Below are positions 7,288-15,885 of a stretch of DNA of 26,050 bases, piece after piece. Positions within the stretch are counted from its first letter, which is position 1. Each line of letters begins with the position of its first letter. A program made the translations under genes and the position numbers. Source of the DNA: Deltaproteobacteria bacterium (lineage in GTDB: Bacteria; Desulfobacterota; Binatia; Binatales; Binataceae); assembly GCA_027403435.1 (NCBI GenBank), contig DAHZDR010000164.1, forward strand, positions 1-26,050, given 5' to 3'. The notes beneath the pieces were generated by a model. The model saw only the letters and a list, made by a program, of their open reading frames with translations. It did no database searches and was not told the origin of the DNA.

Positions 7288-8058
7288 ATGATAGACGTTA
7301 AGCATCTAACCAAAGCCTACGGCAGCTTCGTTGCGGTCAAGGATGTTTCTTTTCGCGCCGAGCGCGGACAGATTCTGGGTTTTCTCGGTCCCAACGGCGC
7401 CGGCAAAACCACCACTATGCGGATTATCACCGGCTTTATGCCGGCGACCGCGGGCACGGTCGAAATCGACGGGCTGGATATTTTCGAAAATTCGCTGGAG
7501 GCGCGCCGGCGGATCGGCTATCTGCCGGAAAATCCGCCGCTCTACCTCGATATGCGGGTGGAGGCTTATCTGCGTTTCGTCGCCAAGCTACGCGGCGTCA
7601 AGCGCGGGGAAATCGAAGCCGCGCTCGACCACGCGCTCAAGACCACGGGCCTGACCGACATGGCGCATCGAATCTGCGGACAGCTTTCGAAGGGTTACCG
7701 CCAGCGCGTCGGACTCGCCCAGGCGCTGATTCACGATCCGCCGGTGATGGTGCTGGACGAGCCGACGATCGGCCTCGACCCGCGCCAGATTCATGAAATC
7801 CGCGACCTGATTCGCGGCCTGGCCGGCGGCCGCACGATCGTGCTGTCAACGCATATCCTGCCCGAGGTTTCGCAGATCTGCGACAAAGTTGTGATTATCA
7901 ATGACGGCCGGGTGGCGCTCGAGGAGATGGTCAAGGATATTCCGGAGGGAACCTCGCTGGAGGAGGTTTTCCTGCACGCGATCGCCCGCGAAGGCCATGC
8001 CGAAGGCGTCAGCGCCGAAGAGGCGCTCGAGGAAGTGGGCGCGGGCCATAGCGCCTGA
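7288..8058 (+). CDS. ABC transporter ATP-binding protein, GldA-like, about 256 aa
   Basis: Walker A GPNGAGKT, LPENPPLY, signature LSKGYRQR, Walker B VMVLDEPT and H-loop STH. Start set at MIDVKHL (7288); ATG 7246 is the alternative. Confidence 0.93.
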   Translation: MIDVKHLTKAYGSFVAVKDVSFRAERGQILGFLGPNGAGKTTTMRIITGFMPATAGTVEIDGLDIFENSLEARRRIGYLPENPPLYLDMRVEAYLRFVAKLRGVKRGEIEAALDHALKTTGLTDMAHRICGQLSKGYRQRVGLAQALIHDPPVMVLDEPTIGLDPRQIHEIRDLIRGLAGGRTIVLSTHILPEVSQICDKVVIINDGRVALEEMVKDIPEGTSLEEVFLHAIAREGHAEGVSAEEALEEVGAGHSA

Positions 8059-8090
8059 CCGGGCCGCAACCGCCAGAAAATTCGATCGCC

Positions 8091-8864
8091 ATGCGTAACA
8101 CATTTACGATTGCGGGCAAGGAGCTCACCGGCTATTTCGTTCAGCCGGTCGCTTACGTGGTGCTGACCGTCTTCATTCTGCTCGGCGGATGGTTCTTTTT
8201 CGCCATGCTGCGGCAGTTCGACGAGATGGTGCAGCTCGTGCAGATGATGGGGCGGCCGGAGACGCTGAGCCAGATGAACCTGAACACGCGGGTGATCGAT
8301 CCGCTGCTGCACGATCTTTCGATCGTGCTGGTGATCGTGATGCCGGCGTTGACGATGCGGGTGTTCGCGGAGGAAAAACGCGCCGGCACTTACGAGTTGC
8401 TGCTGACCGCGCCGGTGCGCACCGGCGAAATCGTGGCCGGAAAATTTCTCGCCGCGGCCGCCTTCACGCTGGTGATGGTGGCGCTGGCGTGGATTTTTCC
8501 GCTGATCCTGATGGTCTTCGGCAATCCCGAGCTGGGCGTGATGTTCGCGGGCTACCTGGGGCTGTTCCTGCTGGCGCTGTCCTTCGTGTCGGTGGGGCTG
8601 TTCACCAGTTCGCTGACGCAAAACCAGATAATCGCGGCGATCAGTTCGTTCGGAATCCTGATTTTATTGTTCGTCATCTCGTGGCCGGCGGAGGCGGGCG
8701 GCGGCGTGGTCTGGGCGCTGCTCAAGTATCTTTCGCTGCCGGAGCATTTTTCGACCATGACGCGCGGCGTAATCGACACCAGCGACGTGGTGTTTTTTTT
8801 GAGCGTGGTGGCGACGGCGTTGTTCCTGACCCAACGTTCGGTGGAATCGGCGCGGTGGCGCTAG
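8091..8864 (+). CDS. ABC-2 type permease, GldF-like, 257 aa
   Basis: IAGKELTGYFVQPVAY start, LTMRVFAEEKRAGTYELLLTAP, about 6 TM segments, and a GVIDTSDVVFFLS...SVESARWR end. Confidence 0.9.
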   Translation: MRNTFTIAGKELTGYFVQPVAYVVLTVFILLGGWFFFAMLRQFDEMVQLVQMMGRPETLSQMNLNTRVIDPLLHDLSIVLVIVMPALTMRVFAEEKRAGTYELLLTAPVRTGEIVAGKFLAAAAFTLVMVALAWIFPLILMVFGNPELGVMFAGYLGLFLLALSFVSVGLFTSSLTQNQIIAAISSFGILILLFVISWPAEAGGGVVWALLKYLSLPEHFSTMTRGVIDTSDVVFFLSVVATALFLTQRSVESARWR

Positions 8865-8880
8865 AAGGGCGAAGCGGGGC

Positions 8881-10452
8881 ATGAAGCGGTCTTCGGCGCT
8901 ATCCGGGCTAATCGGACTGGTACTGCTGGCTTTCGGCGTTCTCGGTTATCTGCTCACCTCGGGGGCGTTCGCGCGGCTCTTCAGCGGCGTGAATCTGATC
9001 GCCGGCGTAATCGCGCTGATCGGATGGCTGGCGTCGAGCCGGGGTTCGTTCGGCGCAATGGCCGGCGCCCGGCGCGCCCGTTACGGCGCCAACGCCGCCA
9101 TCTATACGATGGCGTTTTTGGGCGTGCTGGTGGCGCTCAATTACCTCGCCGCGAAGTATCATCGCCAGTTCGACATGACCAGCGAGGGCGCTTTCAGCCT
9201 TTCCCCGCAGTCGCTCGAGGTGCTCAAGAACCTCAAAAAGCCGGTCAAGCTCTACGGCTTCGTCGCGGGCGGACGCAGCGCGCGCGCCGAGACGCTGTAC
9301 CAGGAGTACGCTTACGCCTCGCCGCTGGTCACTTACGAGCTGGTCGATCCGACGCGCCATCCGGAACTCGCCGAACGCTACAAAGTCACGGTGATGAACA
9401 CCACGCATATTCAGTACGGCGGCGACTCCGGCGCGGGCGTCAACGTGACCGATCTGAACGAGCAGACGCTCACCAACGGGATCGTCAAGGTCACCAAGGC
9501 CAGCCAGAAAACTATCTGCTTCCTGACCGGCGAAGGCGAAGACGACCCCGGCGAGGCGACCGCGGGCGACGGGATGGGGCAGTTCAAGGAAGCGTTGCAG
9601 GGCGAAAGCTATATCGTCAAAAAAATTAACCTGGTGACCGAGCCGGCCGTGCCCGGGGAATGCGCCGTGATGGTGGTCGCGGGACCGACCCGCCCGCTGG
9701 TGCCGCATGTCCTCGCGGCGTTGACCGATTATCTGAATAAGGGCGGGCGCGAGCTGATCACGCTGCGGCCGCCGCGGCCCGATCAGTCGATCGACGAGAC
9801 CGCGCTGGTGGGGTGGCTGCAAGATTGGGGCGTGACCGCCGGCAATAACGTGGTCGTCGATCAGGTGGTGCGGCTGTTCGCCGGACCGGCGCTCGGCCTC
9901 GATCCGCTGGTCAACGCCTACGGGCCGAGTCCGATTACGGCGGGCTTCGATAAGCAGACGGTTTTTCCGATGGTGCGGACGGTCGCGCCGAGCGATCCGC
10001 CGAAGCCCGGCCGCGAAGTGATTTCGCTGGCCAAAACCAGCGATACTTCGTGGGCGGAAACCGATCTGGAAGGGCTGTTCAAGCGCCAGGAGGCGAAATT
10101 CGACGCGGCGAGCGATCAGAAGGGACCGGTCAGCGTCGCGGTAGCCGTCAGCGCGAATCTCGCCGCGCTCAAACTTGGCCAGGGCGAGGCGCGGATGGTG
10201 GTGTTCGGCGACACCGATATCGCCAACAACACCTACCTCGGGAACTTCTTCAATCGCGACTTCGTGATGAATTCGATCGATTGGCTGGCCGGCGAGACCA
10301 ACTCGATCACGATTCGGCCGCGCACGCTGCGGGCGTCGCGCTTCAGCCTGACGGTCGCGGAGTTCGACGTGGTGTTCGTGCTCTCCGTGCTGTTGCTGCC
10401 CGAGTTGCTGCTGATCGTGGGGATTGCGGTGTGGTGGGAACGGCGCAACTGA
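8881..10452 (+). CDS. GldG-like ABC auxiliary / uncharacterised transport component, 523 aa
   Basis: Three N-terminal TMs, FDMTSEGAFSLSPQS, VDPTRHP, FLTGEGE, VVFGDTD, NRDFVMNSIDWL and a C-terminal TM ending WWERRN. This is the usual GldG-family layout, and the gene follows the GldA/F-like genes. Confidence 0.88.
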   Translation: MKRSSALSGLIGLVLLAFGVLGYLLTSGAFARLFSGVNLIAGVIALIGWLASSRGSFGAMAGARRARYGANAAIYTMAFLGVLVALNYLAAKYHRQFDMTSEGAFSLSPQSLEVLKNLKKPVKLYGFVAGGRSARAETLYQEYAYASPLVTYELVDPTRHPELAERYKVTVMNTTHIQYGGDSGAGVNVTDLNEQTLTNGIVKVTKASQKTICFLTGEGEDDPGEATAGDGMGQFKEALQGESYIVKKINLVTEPAVPGECAVMVVAGPTRPLVPHVLAALTDYLNKGGRELITLRPPRPDQSIDETALVGWLQDWGVTAGNNVVVDQVVRLFAGPALGLDPLVNAYGPSPITAGFDKQTVFPMVRTVAPSDPPKPGREVISLAKTSDTSWAETDLEGLFKRQEAKFDAASDQKGPVSVAVAVSANLAALKLGQGEARMVVFGDTDIANNTYLGNFFNRDFVMNSIDWLAGETNSITIRPRTLRASRFSLTVAEFDVVFVLSVLLLPELLLIVGIAVWWERRN

Positions 10453-10480
10453 CGGCGCCGGAAGCGGCGGAAACGGCGAG

Positions 10481-11956
10481 ATGAGTACGCGCAAGACGAT
10501 CGTGGCGCTGGTGGCGCTCGCGATAATCGGCGGTTTCGCCTATTACACGAGCCTGCAACCGGCGTCCTCGGGAAATCAGCCGATCTTCCAGATTAAGGCG
10601 GACCAGATTCGGCGCATCGAGCTCAAAGGCCCCGCGCATGACGTGGCGCTTGAGCGCGCCAAGCCGGGGATCTGGAAAATCGTCAAGCCGGTCGAGGCCA
10701 ACGCGGATAATTCCTCCGCCGACGCGCTGGCCGCCGCGATCGCCGGACTGCATAGCACGGAAACCGTCGAGGCCAATCCGCAAGACCTCGGAATCTTCGG
10801 CTTGGCGGATCCGGCGGTTACGGTTTTCGTCACCGCCAGCGACGGGCGCAAGCTGCCCGGAATCATGGTCGGCAAGAACACGCCGGTGGGCGCCGGCGCC
10901 TATATAAAAATGACCGACGCGCCGGCGGTGATGCTGGTTGAGGCGGGGTTTGCGGGCGAGGCGATGAAATCGCTCGACGATCTGCGTTCGCGGGTGTTGT
11001 TCAATTACACCGCCGATCAGATAAATCGCGTGGTTTTGACCAAATCGGACGGCTCAACGCTGGAATTGGCGCGCACCGCCGGCAAGTGGTCGATCGTCAA
11101 GCCGCGTCCTTATCCCGCCGACCAGGCGGCCGTGGGGCATTTGCTCGACACGATCGCCGCCGCCCGCGTGGAGCAGTTCGTCGATGACCATCCGGAGGAT
11201 CTCAACCGTTTCGGACTCGGCGCGCCTTCGCTCAAGCTGCAAGTCTTCGGCGGCAAAGATAACGCGGAAGAATCGCTGGGATTCGGCTTCGCGCAGTCCC
11301 AGGCCTATCGCAACGCGGTCTATGCCCGGCGCGGCGAGGGCGATCGGCCGGTGTGCACGGTGGCGTCCTATGTGGTCAAAGAGTTCAACCACGGCTTCGA
11401 CCATTTCCGCGACAAGACCGTGTTGCGCTTCGACCCCAAAGACGTGGCGCGAATCATGATTGTCGGCGGCCCCGTGCAAATCGTGATCGAGCGCGCGGGC
11501 AAGGACCAATGGACGGTGACCGGAGCCGGCCGCACGGCGCCGGCCGAAACGCTGGTGGTGCGGAGCCTGCTCGACCAATTGCACGATCTCAAAGGCGGCG
11601 CCATCGTCGAAAATCCGATGACGGACGCGGCCCGCTTCGGGATGGCGGAGCCGACGCTGACCGCGACGATCTACGACGCGGCGGGCAAGGAGCTCGGCGC
11701 GCTGCATGTTTCCCAGGTCGAGGAGACGGCGACGCCGAGCAATCCCACGCAAAAACCGGTCACCAAGTTCAGGGGCTACGCGACTTCGACCGCGGACCAG
11801 GCGGTTTACGCAATTCCCCCGCATCTGGTGCGCGACCTCGAGAGCACCGCCACGCGGCTGCGTAGCGACGCCGCGCCGAAACCGGCGCCGTCCGCCGCGC
11901 CGTCTGGTTCAGCGGCGGTCACGCCGCCGGCGCCGGGCGCCACGCAGGCGCCTTAG
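10481..11956 (+). CDS. DUF4340-type membrane-anchored periplasmic protein with three internal repeats, 491 aa
   Basis: N-terminal TM (MSTRKTIVALVALAIIGGFAYY), three W-x-[IV]...AD/AE...FG[LM]xxP units and a Pro/Ala tail. It occupies the usual fourth position after GldAFG-like genes. Start moved from 10424 to 10481. Confidence 0.8.
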   Translation: MSTRKTIVALVALAIIGGFAYYTSLQPASSGNQPIFQIKADQIRRIELKGPAHDVALERAKPGIWKIVKPVEANADNSSADALAAAIAGLHSTETVEANPQDLGIFGLADPAVTVFVTASDGRKLPGIMVGKNTPVGAGAYIKMTDAPAVMLVEAGFAGEAMKSLDDLRSRVLFNYTADQINRVVLTKSDGSTLELARTAGKWSIVKPRPYPADQAAVGHLLDTIAAARVEQFVDDHPEDLNRFGLGAPSLKLQVFGGKDNAEESLGFGFAQSQAYRNAVYARRGEGDRPVCTVASYVVKEFNHGFDHFRDKTVLRFDPKDVARIMIVGGPVQIVIERAGKDQWTVTGAGRTAPAETLVVRSLLDQLHDLKGGAIVENPMTDAARFGMAEPTLTATIYDAAGKELGALHVSQVEETATPSNPTQKPVTKFRGYATSTADQAVYAIPPHLVRDLESTATRLRSDAAPKPAPSAAPSGSAAVTPPAPGATQAP

Positions 11957-12355
11957 CTAGTCGTCGCGCTCGGCGATCACGTGGGCGATCGCCGCGTCCG
12001 CCGTGTGCGTGATGCTCAGGTGGAAGCGGGCGATGCCGCGGCGGGCCGCAAACTCCGCCGCCTTGCCGTTGAGGCGAATGGTCGGCGGCCGGCCGCGTTC
12101 GCGATAGACCTCGATTTCGCTCCAGCCGACGTTGCGGTTCCATCCGGTGCCGAGCGCCTTCATCGTCGCCTCCTTGGCGGCGAAGCGGGCGGCGTAGCTC
12201 TGAAAGCGCTGGCGCCCGCGCGCCTCGCAGTAGGCGACTTCGCCAGCGGTGTAAACGCGCGCGCGAAAGCGCGCGCCGATCAAGGGACGTTCGAGCGCGC
12301 GTGTGACGCGCCGCACCTCGATTACGTCGATTCCGGTTCCGGCGACACGAGCCAT
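11957..12355 (-). CDS. acpS: Holo-[acyl-carrier-protein] synthase, 132 aa
   Basis: GTGIDVIEV, YAARFAAKEATMKALGTG, WSEIEV, GRP and HLSITH are AcpS signature motifs. Start at MARVAG. Confidence 0.96.
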   Translation of the reverse strand: MARVAGTGIDVIEVRRVTRALERPLIGARFRARVYTAGEVAYCEARGRQRFQSYAARFAAKEATMKALGTGWNRNVGWSEIEVYRERGRPPTIRLNGKAAEFAARRGIARFHLSITHTADAAIAHVIAERDD

Positions 12356-12462
12356 GACGGATTGCAGCAAAGTATGAAATCGGCGGCGGCGCAAGGCCCT
12401 CGCGCGCTTGCGGCGCGCCGGCGCGCAATTCTATCCTTGACGCCGATAGCCGGGAGGCGCAC

Positions 12463-12693
12463 ATGGCGAAACTGACGGTTACGGTCAACCAGGGGCGATG
12501 TATCGCGAGCGGCGATTGCGCGGAGCTGGCGCCGGGCGTGTTTCAGCTCGACGCGGACGGGAAGTCGGAAGTTTACAATCCGGCGGGCGCGTCCGACCAG
12601 CTAATCGTCGCGGCGGCGCGCGCCTGTCCCGCCAAAGCGATCACGGTGATCGACGAAGACAGCGGGACGCAGCTTTTTCCCGTAAAGAAGTGA
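12463..12693 (+). CDS. Single-cluster ferredoxin (probably [3Fe-4S]), 76 aa
   Basis: C-I-A-S-G-D-C...APGVF...CPAKAI motif. GGGAGG RBS. Confidence 0.92.
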   Translation: MAKLTVTVNQGRCIASGDCAELAPGVFQLDADGKSEVYNPAGASDQLIVAAARACPAKAITVIDEDSGTQLFPVKK

Positions 12694-12725
12694 TCATGCG
12701 GCGGGGCGGAGCGGGGCGCTGAGCG

Positions 12726-13238
12726 ATGCGGGTCGCGGCGAAAAAAATCCGCCGGCCGCGAATCCCCGGCGAAATCGTGATCGAGCAGAGCCGCGACGCG
12801 GCGCTGCTCGCGCGGATGCTCGGCGCGGCCGCGATGACGACGGCGGGAATCGACGCGCCGGGCGGATGCTTCCTTGCCGCCTTCGACGGCGCCGAGGCGG
12901 CTGGCGTGATCGGCGTCGAAACCAGGGTTGACGCGGCGCTGTTGCGCTCGCTGCATGTGCGCGAGCCGCTGCGCCGGCGCGGTATCGGCGCGGCGCTGGT
13001 CGCGGCGGCGCGGCTCGCGGCGCATACGCGGGGCGCGCGCCGGCTGTACGCGATCGCGCGCGCGGACGCGGCCGGGGACTGGTTCCTCAAGCGCGGATTT
13101 TCGCCCGAATCAGCCGCGTCGATTCTGGCGGCGATGGCCGGAACGCCATACCGCGAATATCTGATCGCGACTTGCGATCCCGCCGGCTTGAGCGGCTTCG
13201 CGCTGGATATTTCCAGGGACGGCGTGATCGAACGTTAG
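12726..13238 (+). CDS. GNAT family N-acetyltransferase (divergent, ArsN2/ArgA-like), 170 aa
   Basis: LLRSLHVREPLRRRGIG (acetyl-CoA binding R/Q-x-x-G-x-G/A) and WFLKRGF. Confidence 0.82.
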   Translation: MRVAAKKIRRPRIPGEIVIEQSRDAALLARMLGAAAMTTAGIDAPGGCFLAAFDGAEAAGVIGVETRVDAALLRSLHVREPLRRRGIGAALVAAARLAAHTRGARRLYAIARADAAGDWFLKRGFSPESAASILAAMAGTPYREYLIATCDPAGLSGFALDISRDGVIER

Positions 13239-13248
13239 GCGGCGCGGA

Positions 13249-13289
13249 CCGCCGGCCCCGCCACGATTAGCCGTTGGCGGCGCCGGCGG
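13249..13289. terminator. Probable bidirectional hairpin between the convergent GNAT and ABM genes
   Basis: ccgccggc-c-ccgcca / tggcgg-c-gccggcgg gives 14 bp with one C-C mismatch and an 11-nt loop. An A5 tract follows nearby. Confidence 0.45.
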
Positions 13290-13301
13290 CGAAGCGAAAA
13301 A

Positions 13302-13601
13302 TTACTTGCGATCAAGCTCCGTCAGCATCTCGATTTGCGGCGCGCCGTCAAGCAAATCCTTGATCCGGCCGCCCATCTCGCGCATGTGTTCGGTCTTGCG
13401 ATGGGCGTCGAAGGCGGCCTGGTCGGCGTAGGTCTCGTACCAGACGAACTGGGTGGCGTCGCTATTGGCGCGATGCAGGACGTAGGCCTGGCATCCGGGC
13501 TCGGCGGCGCGCACCTTTTTGATCATGTCGCGAAAAGCGGCTTCGAGCTGGCCTTCGCTTCCCGATTTGGCCTTGATTTTGGCGATAAGCGTAACTGACA
13601 T
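13302..13601 (-). CDS. Antibiotic biosynthesis monooxygenase (ABM) / putative quinol monooxygenase, 99 aa
   Basis: LIAKIKAKSG, EPGCQAYVLH and FVWYETYADQAAFDAHRKTEH. GGGAG RBS. Confidence 0.92.
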   Translation of the reverse strand: MSVTLIAKIKAKSGSEGQLEAAFRDMIKKVRAAEPGCQAYVLHRANSDATQFVWYETYADQAAFDAHRKTEHMREMGGRIKDLLDGAPQIEMLTELDRK

Positions 13602-13776
13602 GGCGATTCTCCCTTCGATTTGAAACCGTCGCGCGGCCGCGAGTCAGCACGGCGGCATGGCTCGCGGCAATAATATGGCGTATATGGCGCGAAGCTCCTG
13701 AATGCGCCACAGGCTAGCATGAAACGCCGATTTTTGGTTAACGCCCGGGCGGCTGACGCGACGCGGCGCGGGCGGC

Positions 13777-13792
13777 TTGCCGATCACGGCAA
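13777..13792. promoter_or_regulatory. Palindromic operator candidate TTGCCG-ATCA-CGGCAA upstream of the acyl-CoA dehydrogenase
   Basis: Perfect 6-bp inverted repeat with a 4-nt spacer, about 76 nt before ATG 13869. Confidence 0.3.
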
Positions 13793-13868
13793 AGATTGCG
13801 ATCCGTTAACAGCGCGGCTCGCGGCTGGTAGTCTCGGGGAGCAAAATCAGGCTGGACGGGGATTTTCG

Positions 13869-15011
13869 ATGCTGGGTTTCGAGCTTACCGAGGAACAACG
13901 CGAACTGAAGGCGCTGGCGCGGCGATTTGCGGAGCAGGAGATGATTCCGCGCGCCCGGGAATACGACGACAAGGAGATTTTTCCGCGCGACGTTTGCGAA
14001 AAGGCGCATCGCGCCGGCCTGATGAACTTCGCCGTGCCGCGGGAGCTGGGCGGCGCCGGGATGGGCGTGCTCGACACCTGTCTGATTCAGGAAGAGCTGA
14101 ATTACGGATGCGCCGGGATGTCGAACGCGATTAGCGCCAACGACCTGGCGACGCTGCCGCTGCTGATTGCGGGCAATCCCGCGCAGCAACGCGAATATCT
14201 GGGCGCGCTGGTCGAGAAGCTTTCGTTTTGCGCGTTCGCGATTACCGAGCCGGGGGCGGGTTCCGACGTCGCCGCGATGGCGGCGACGTATCGGCGCGAC
14301 GGCGACAGCTTCGTGCTCAACGGGACCAAGCACTTCATTTCGAACGGCTCGGTGGCGGACTGGATCGTGACCTTCGCCACCAGCGATCGGCGGCTCAAGC
14401 ATAAGGGGATTTCCTGTTTCGTCTTTCCGTCGAAGCTTCCCGGAATCACGCGCAACCGGATGCATGGCAAGCTCGGCCAACGCGCGGCGGATACCGGCGA
14501 AATCGTTTATGACGAATTGCGGATTCCGCAGGACGCGCTGGTCGGACGCGAAGGGGAGGGCTTCAAGTACGCGATGGGCACGTTCGATCGCAGCCGGCCG
14601 GAAATTGGCGCGATTGCGATTGGAGTTGCGCAGCGCGCGCTCGACGAATGCCTGCGCTACTCGCGCCAGCGCAGCGCCTTCGGCCAGCCGATCGCGAATT
14701 TCCAGGCGATTCAGTTCATGATGGCCGACATGGCGGTGAGTATCGAGGCGATGCGGCTGTTGACCTACAAGGCGGCGTGGATGGTCGATCGGGGCGAGTT
14801 GCCGAACGTGGTTTCCAGCCAGGCGAAGCTGTTCAGTTCCGAGGCCTGCATGCGCATCACGATCGACGCCGTGCAAATCTTCGGCGGCTACGGCTACATG
14901 AAGGAATATCCGGTCGAAAAATTGATGCGCGACGCGAAGCTGTTGCAGATTTACGAGGGAACTTCGCAGATTCAACGCATGGTGATCGCGCGCGACCTGC
15001 TGAAGGACTGA
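13869..15011 (+). CDS. Acyl-CoA dehydrogenase (MCAD/SCAD-like), 380 aa
   Basis: CAFAITEPGAGSD, LNGTKHFISNG, KLGQRAADT, RSAFGQPI, QIFGGYGY and IYEGTSQIQR (catalytic Glu). Start trimmed to MLGFELTEEQ. Confidence 0.96.
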   Translation: MLGFELTEEQRELKALARRFAEQEMIPRAREYDDKEIFPRDVCEKAHRAGLMNFAVPRELGGAGMGVLDTCLIQEELNYGCAGMSNAISANDLATLPLLIAGNPAQQREYLGALVEKLSFCAFAITEPGAGSDVAAMAATYRRDGDSFVLNGTKHFISNGSVADWIVTFATSDRRLKHKGISCFVFPSKLPGITRNRMHGKLGQRAADTGEIVYDELRIPQDALVGREGEGFKYAMGTFDRSRPEIGAIAIGVAQRALDECLRYSRQRSAFGQPIANFQAIQFMMADMAVSIEAMRLLTYKAAWMVDRGELPNVVSSQAKLFSSEACMRITIDAVQIFGGYGYMKEYPVEKLMRDAKLLQIYEGTSQIQRMVIARDLLKD

Positions 15012-15024
15012 GGCCGGCGGCTGA

Positions 15025-15804
15025 TCAGGCCGCGGGCGGACGATAGATGCGCCGCGCGATCGCGCTGACCAGCGCGCGCGGGAAGAAGCGATTGGATTGC
15101 GCGGCGATAAAATTGACCACCCCGGCAATATGCACCGAACGGCCGCTCTCCGCCGCCGCGATTCCCTGGGCGACCACAGTTTCCGCGTCGAGATAGACGA
15201 ACGCGGGCATCCGGTCGCTGAGTTGGCCGGCGATCGCCTGAAATTCGGTGCGCACCGGTCCGGGACATAGCGCGGAAACTTTTACGCCCGACCCGGCGAG
15301 TTCGCCCGCCAGCGCTTCCGTGAAGTTCAGCACGAAGGCCTTGGTCGCGGCGTAAGTCGCCATGTACGGCACCGCCTGAAAGGCGGCGACCGAAGCGACA
15401 TTGATAATCGTGCCGGCGCGCCGCTCGACCATCGCGGGCAGGAACAGGCGCGCCATCGCGACCAGCGCCGCGACGTTGAGGTCGATTTCCTCGAGTTCCC
15501 GTTCGAGCGGCAACTTTTCAAAGCTTCCGTGCGTGCCGAAGCCGGCGTTGTTGACGAGATAATCGATATGCAGCCGGGCCGCTTGCGTGCGCGTGAAGAT
15601 TTCGTGCGCGGCGGCGCGGCGGGCAAGGTCGAGCGGAATCGTTTCGGTCGCTTCCGCGCCGAGCTTGCCCGCAGTTTCGGCGACCGCATTCAGCCGGTCG
15701 CCGCGCCGCGCCGTCAGCACCAGCCGGTAACGCCGGCGCGCGAGAGCGTAGGCGAACTGCTCGCCCAAGCCGCTGGAGGCTCCGGTAATCAGCGCGGTCG
15801 GCAT
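15025..15804 (-). CDS. Short-chain dehydrogenase/reductase (classical SDR), 259 aa
   Basis: MPTALITGASSGLG, NNAG, NVAS, YAATK and LCPGPVRTEF. AGAGG RBS. Confidence 0.93.
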   Translation of the reverse strand: MPTALITGASSGLGEQFAYALARRRYRLVLTARRGDRLNAVAETAGKLGAEATETIPLDLARRAAAHEIFTRTQAARLHIDYLVNNAGFGTHGSFEKLPLERELEEIDLNVAALVAMARLFLPAMVERRAGTIINVASVAAFQAVPYMATYAATKAFVLNFTEALAGELAGSGVKVSALCPGPVRTEFQAIAGQLSDRMPAFVYLDAETVVAQGIAAAESGRSVHIAGVVNFIAAQSNRFFPRALVSAIARRIYRPPAA

Positions 15805-15885
15805 GCTGTCGCCTCTTTGCCCGGCATTCGACAATCGTTCGCGCCGCAACCGGCGTGAATCGCGATGCGCGCCGCCGTGACGGAT

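Noticed and set aside
8908-10494. 528-aa antisense ORF over the GldG-like gene (also 448-1080, 4458-5354, 13806-15128, 15865-16785, 17080-18357, 18234-19229, 20477-21634 and similar)
   Set aside because: Each lies exactly opposite a well-supported gene, has no recognisable motifs, and has the composition typical of high-GC shadow ORFs.
7288-11956. Assigning gliding motility and gld gene symbols to the ABC module
   Set aside because: No other Gld/Spr/T9SS or Agl/Glt genes are in the window. GldAFG-like modules occur in many non-gliding bacteria.
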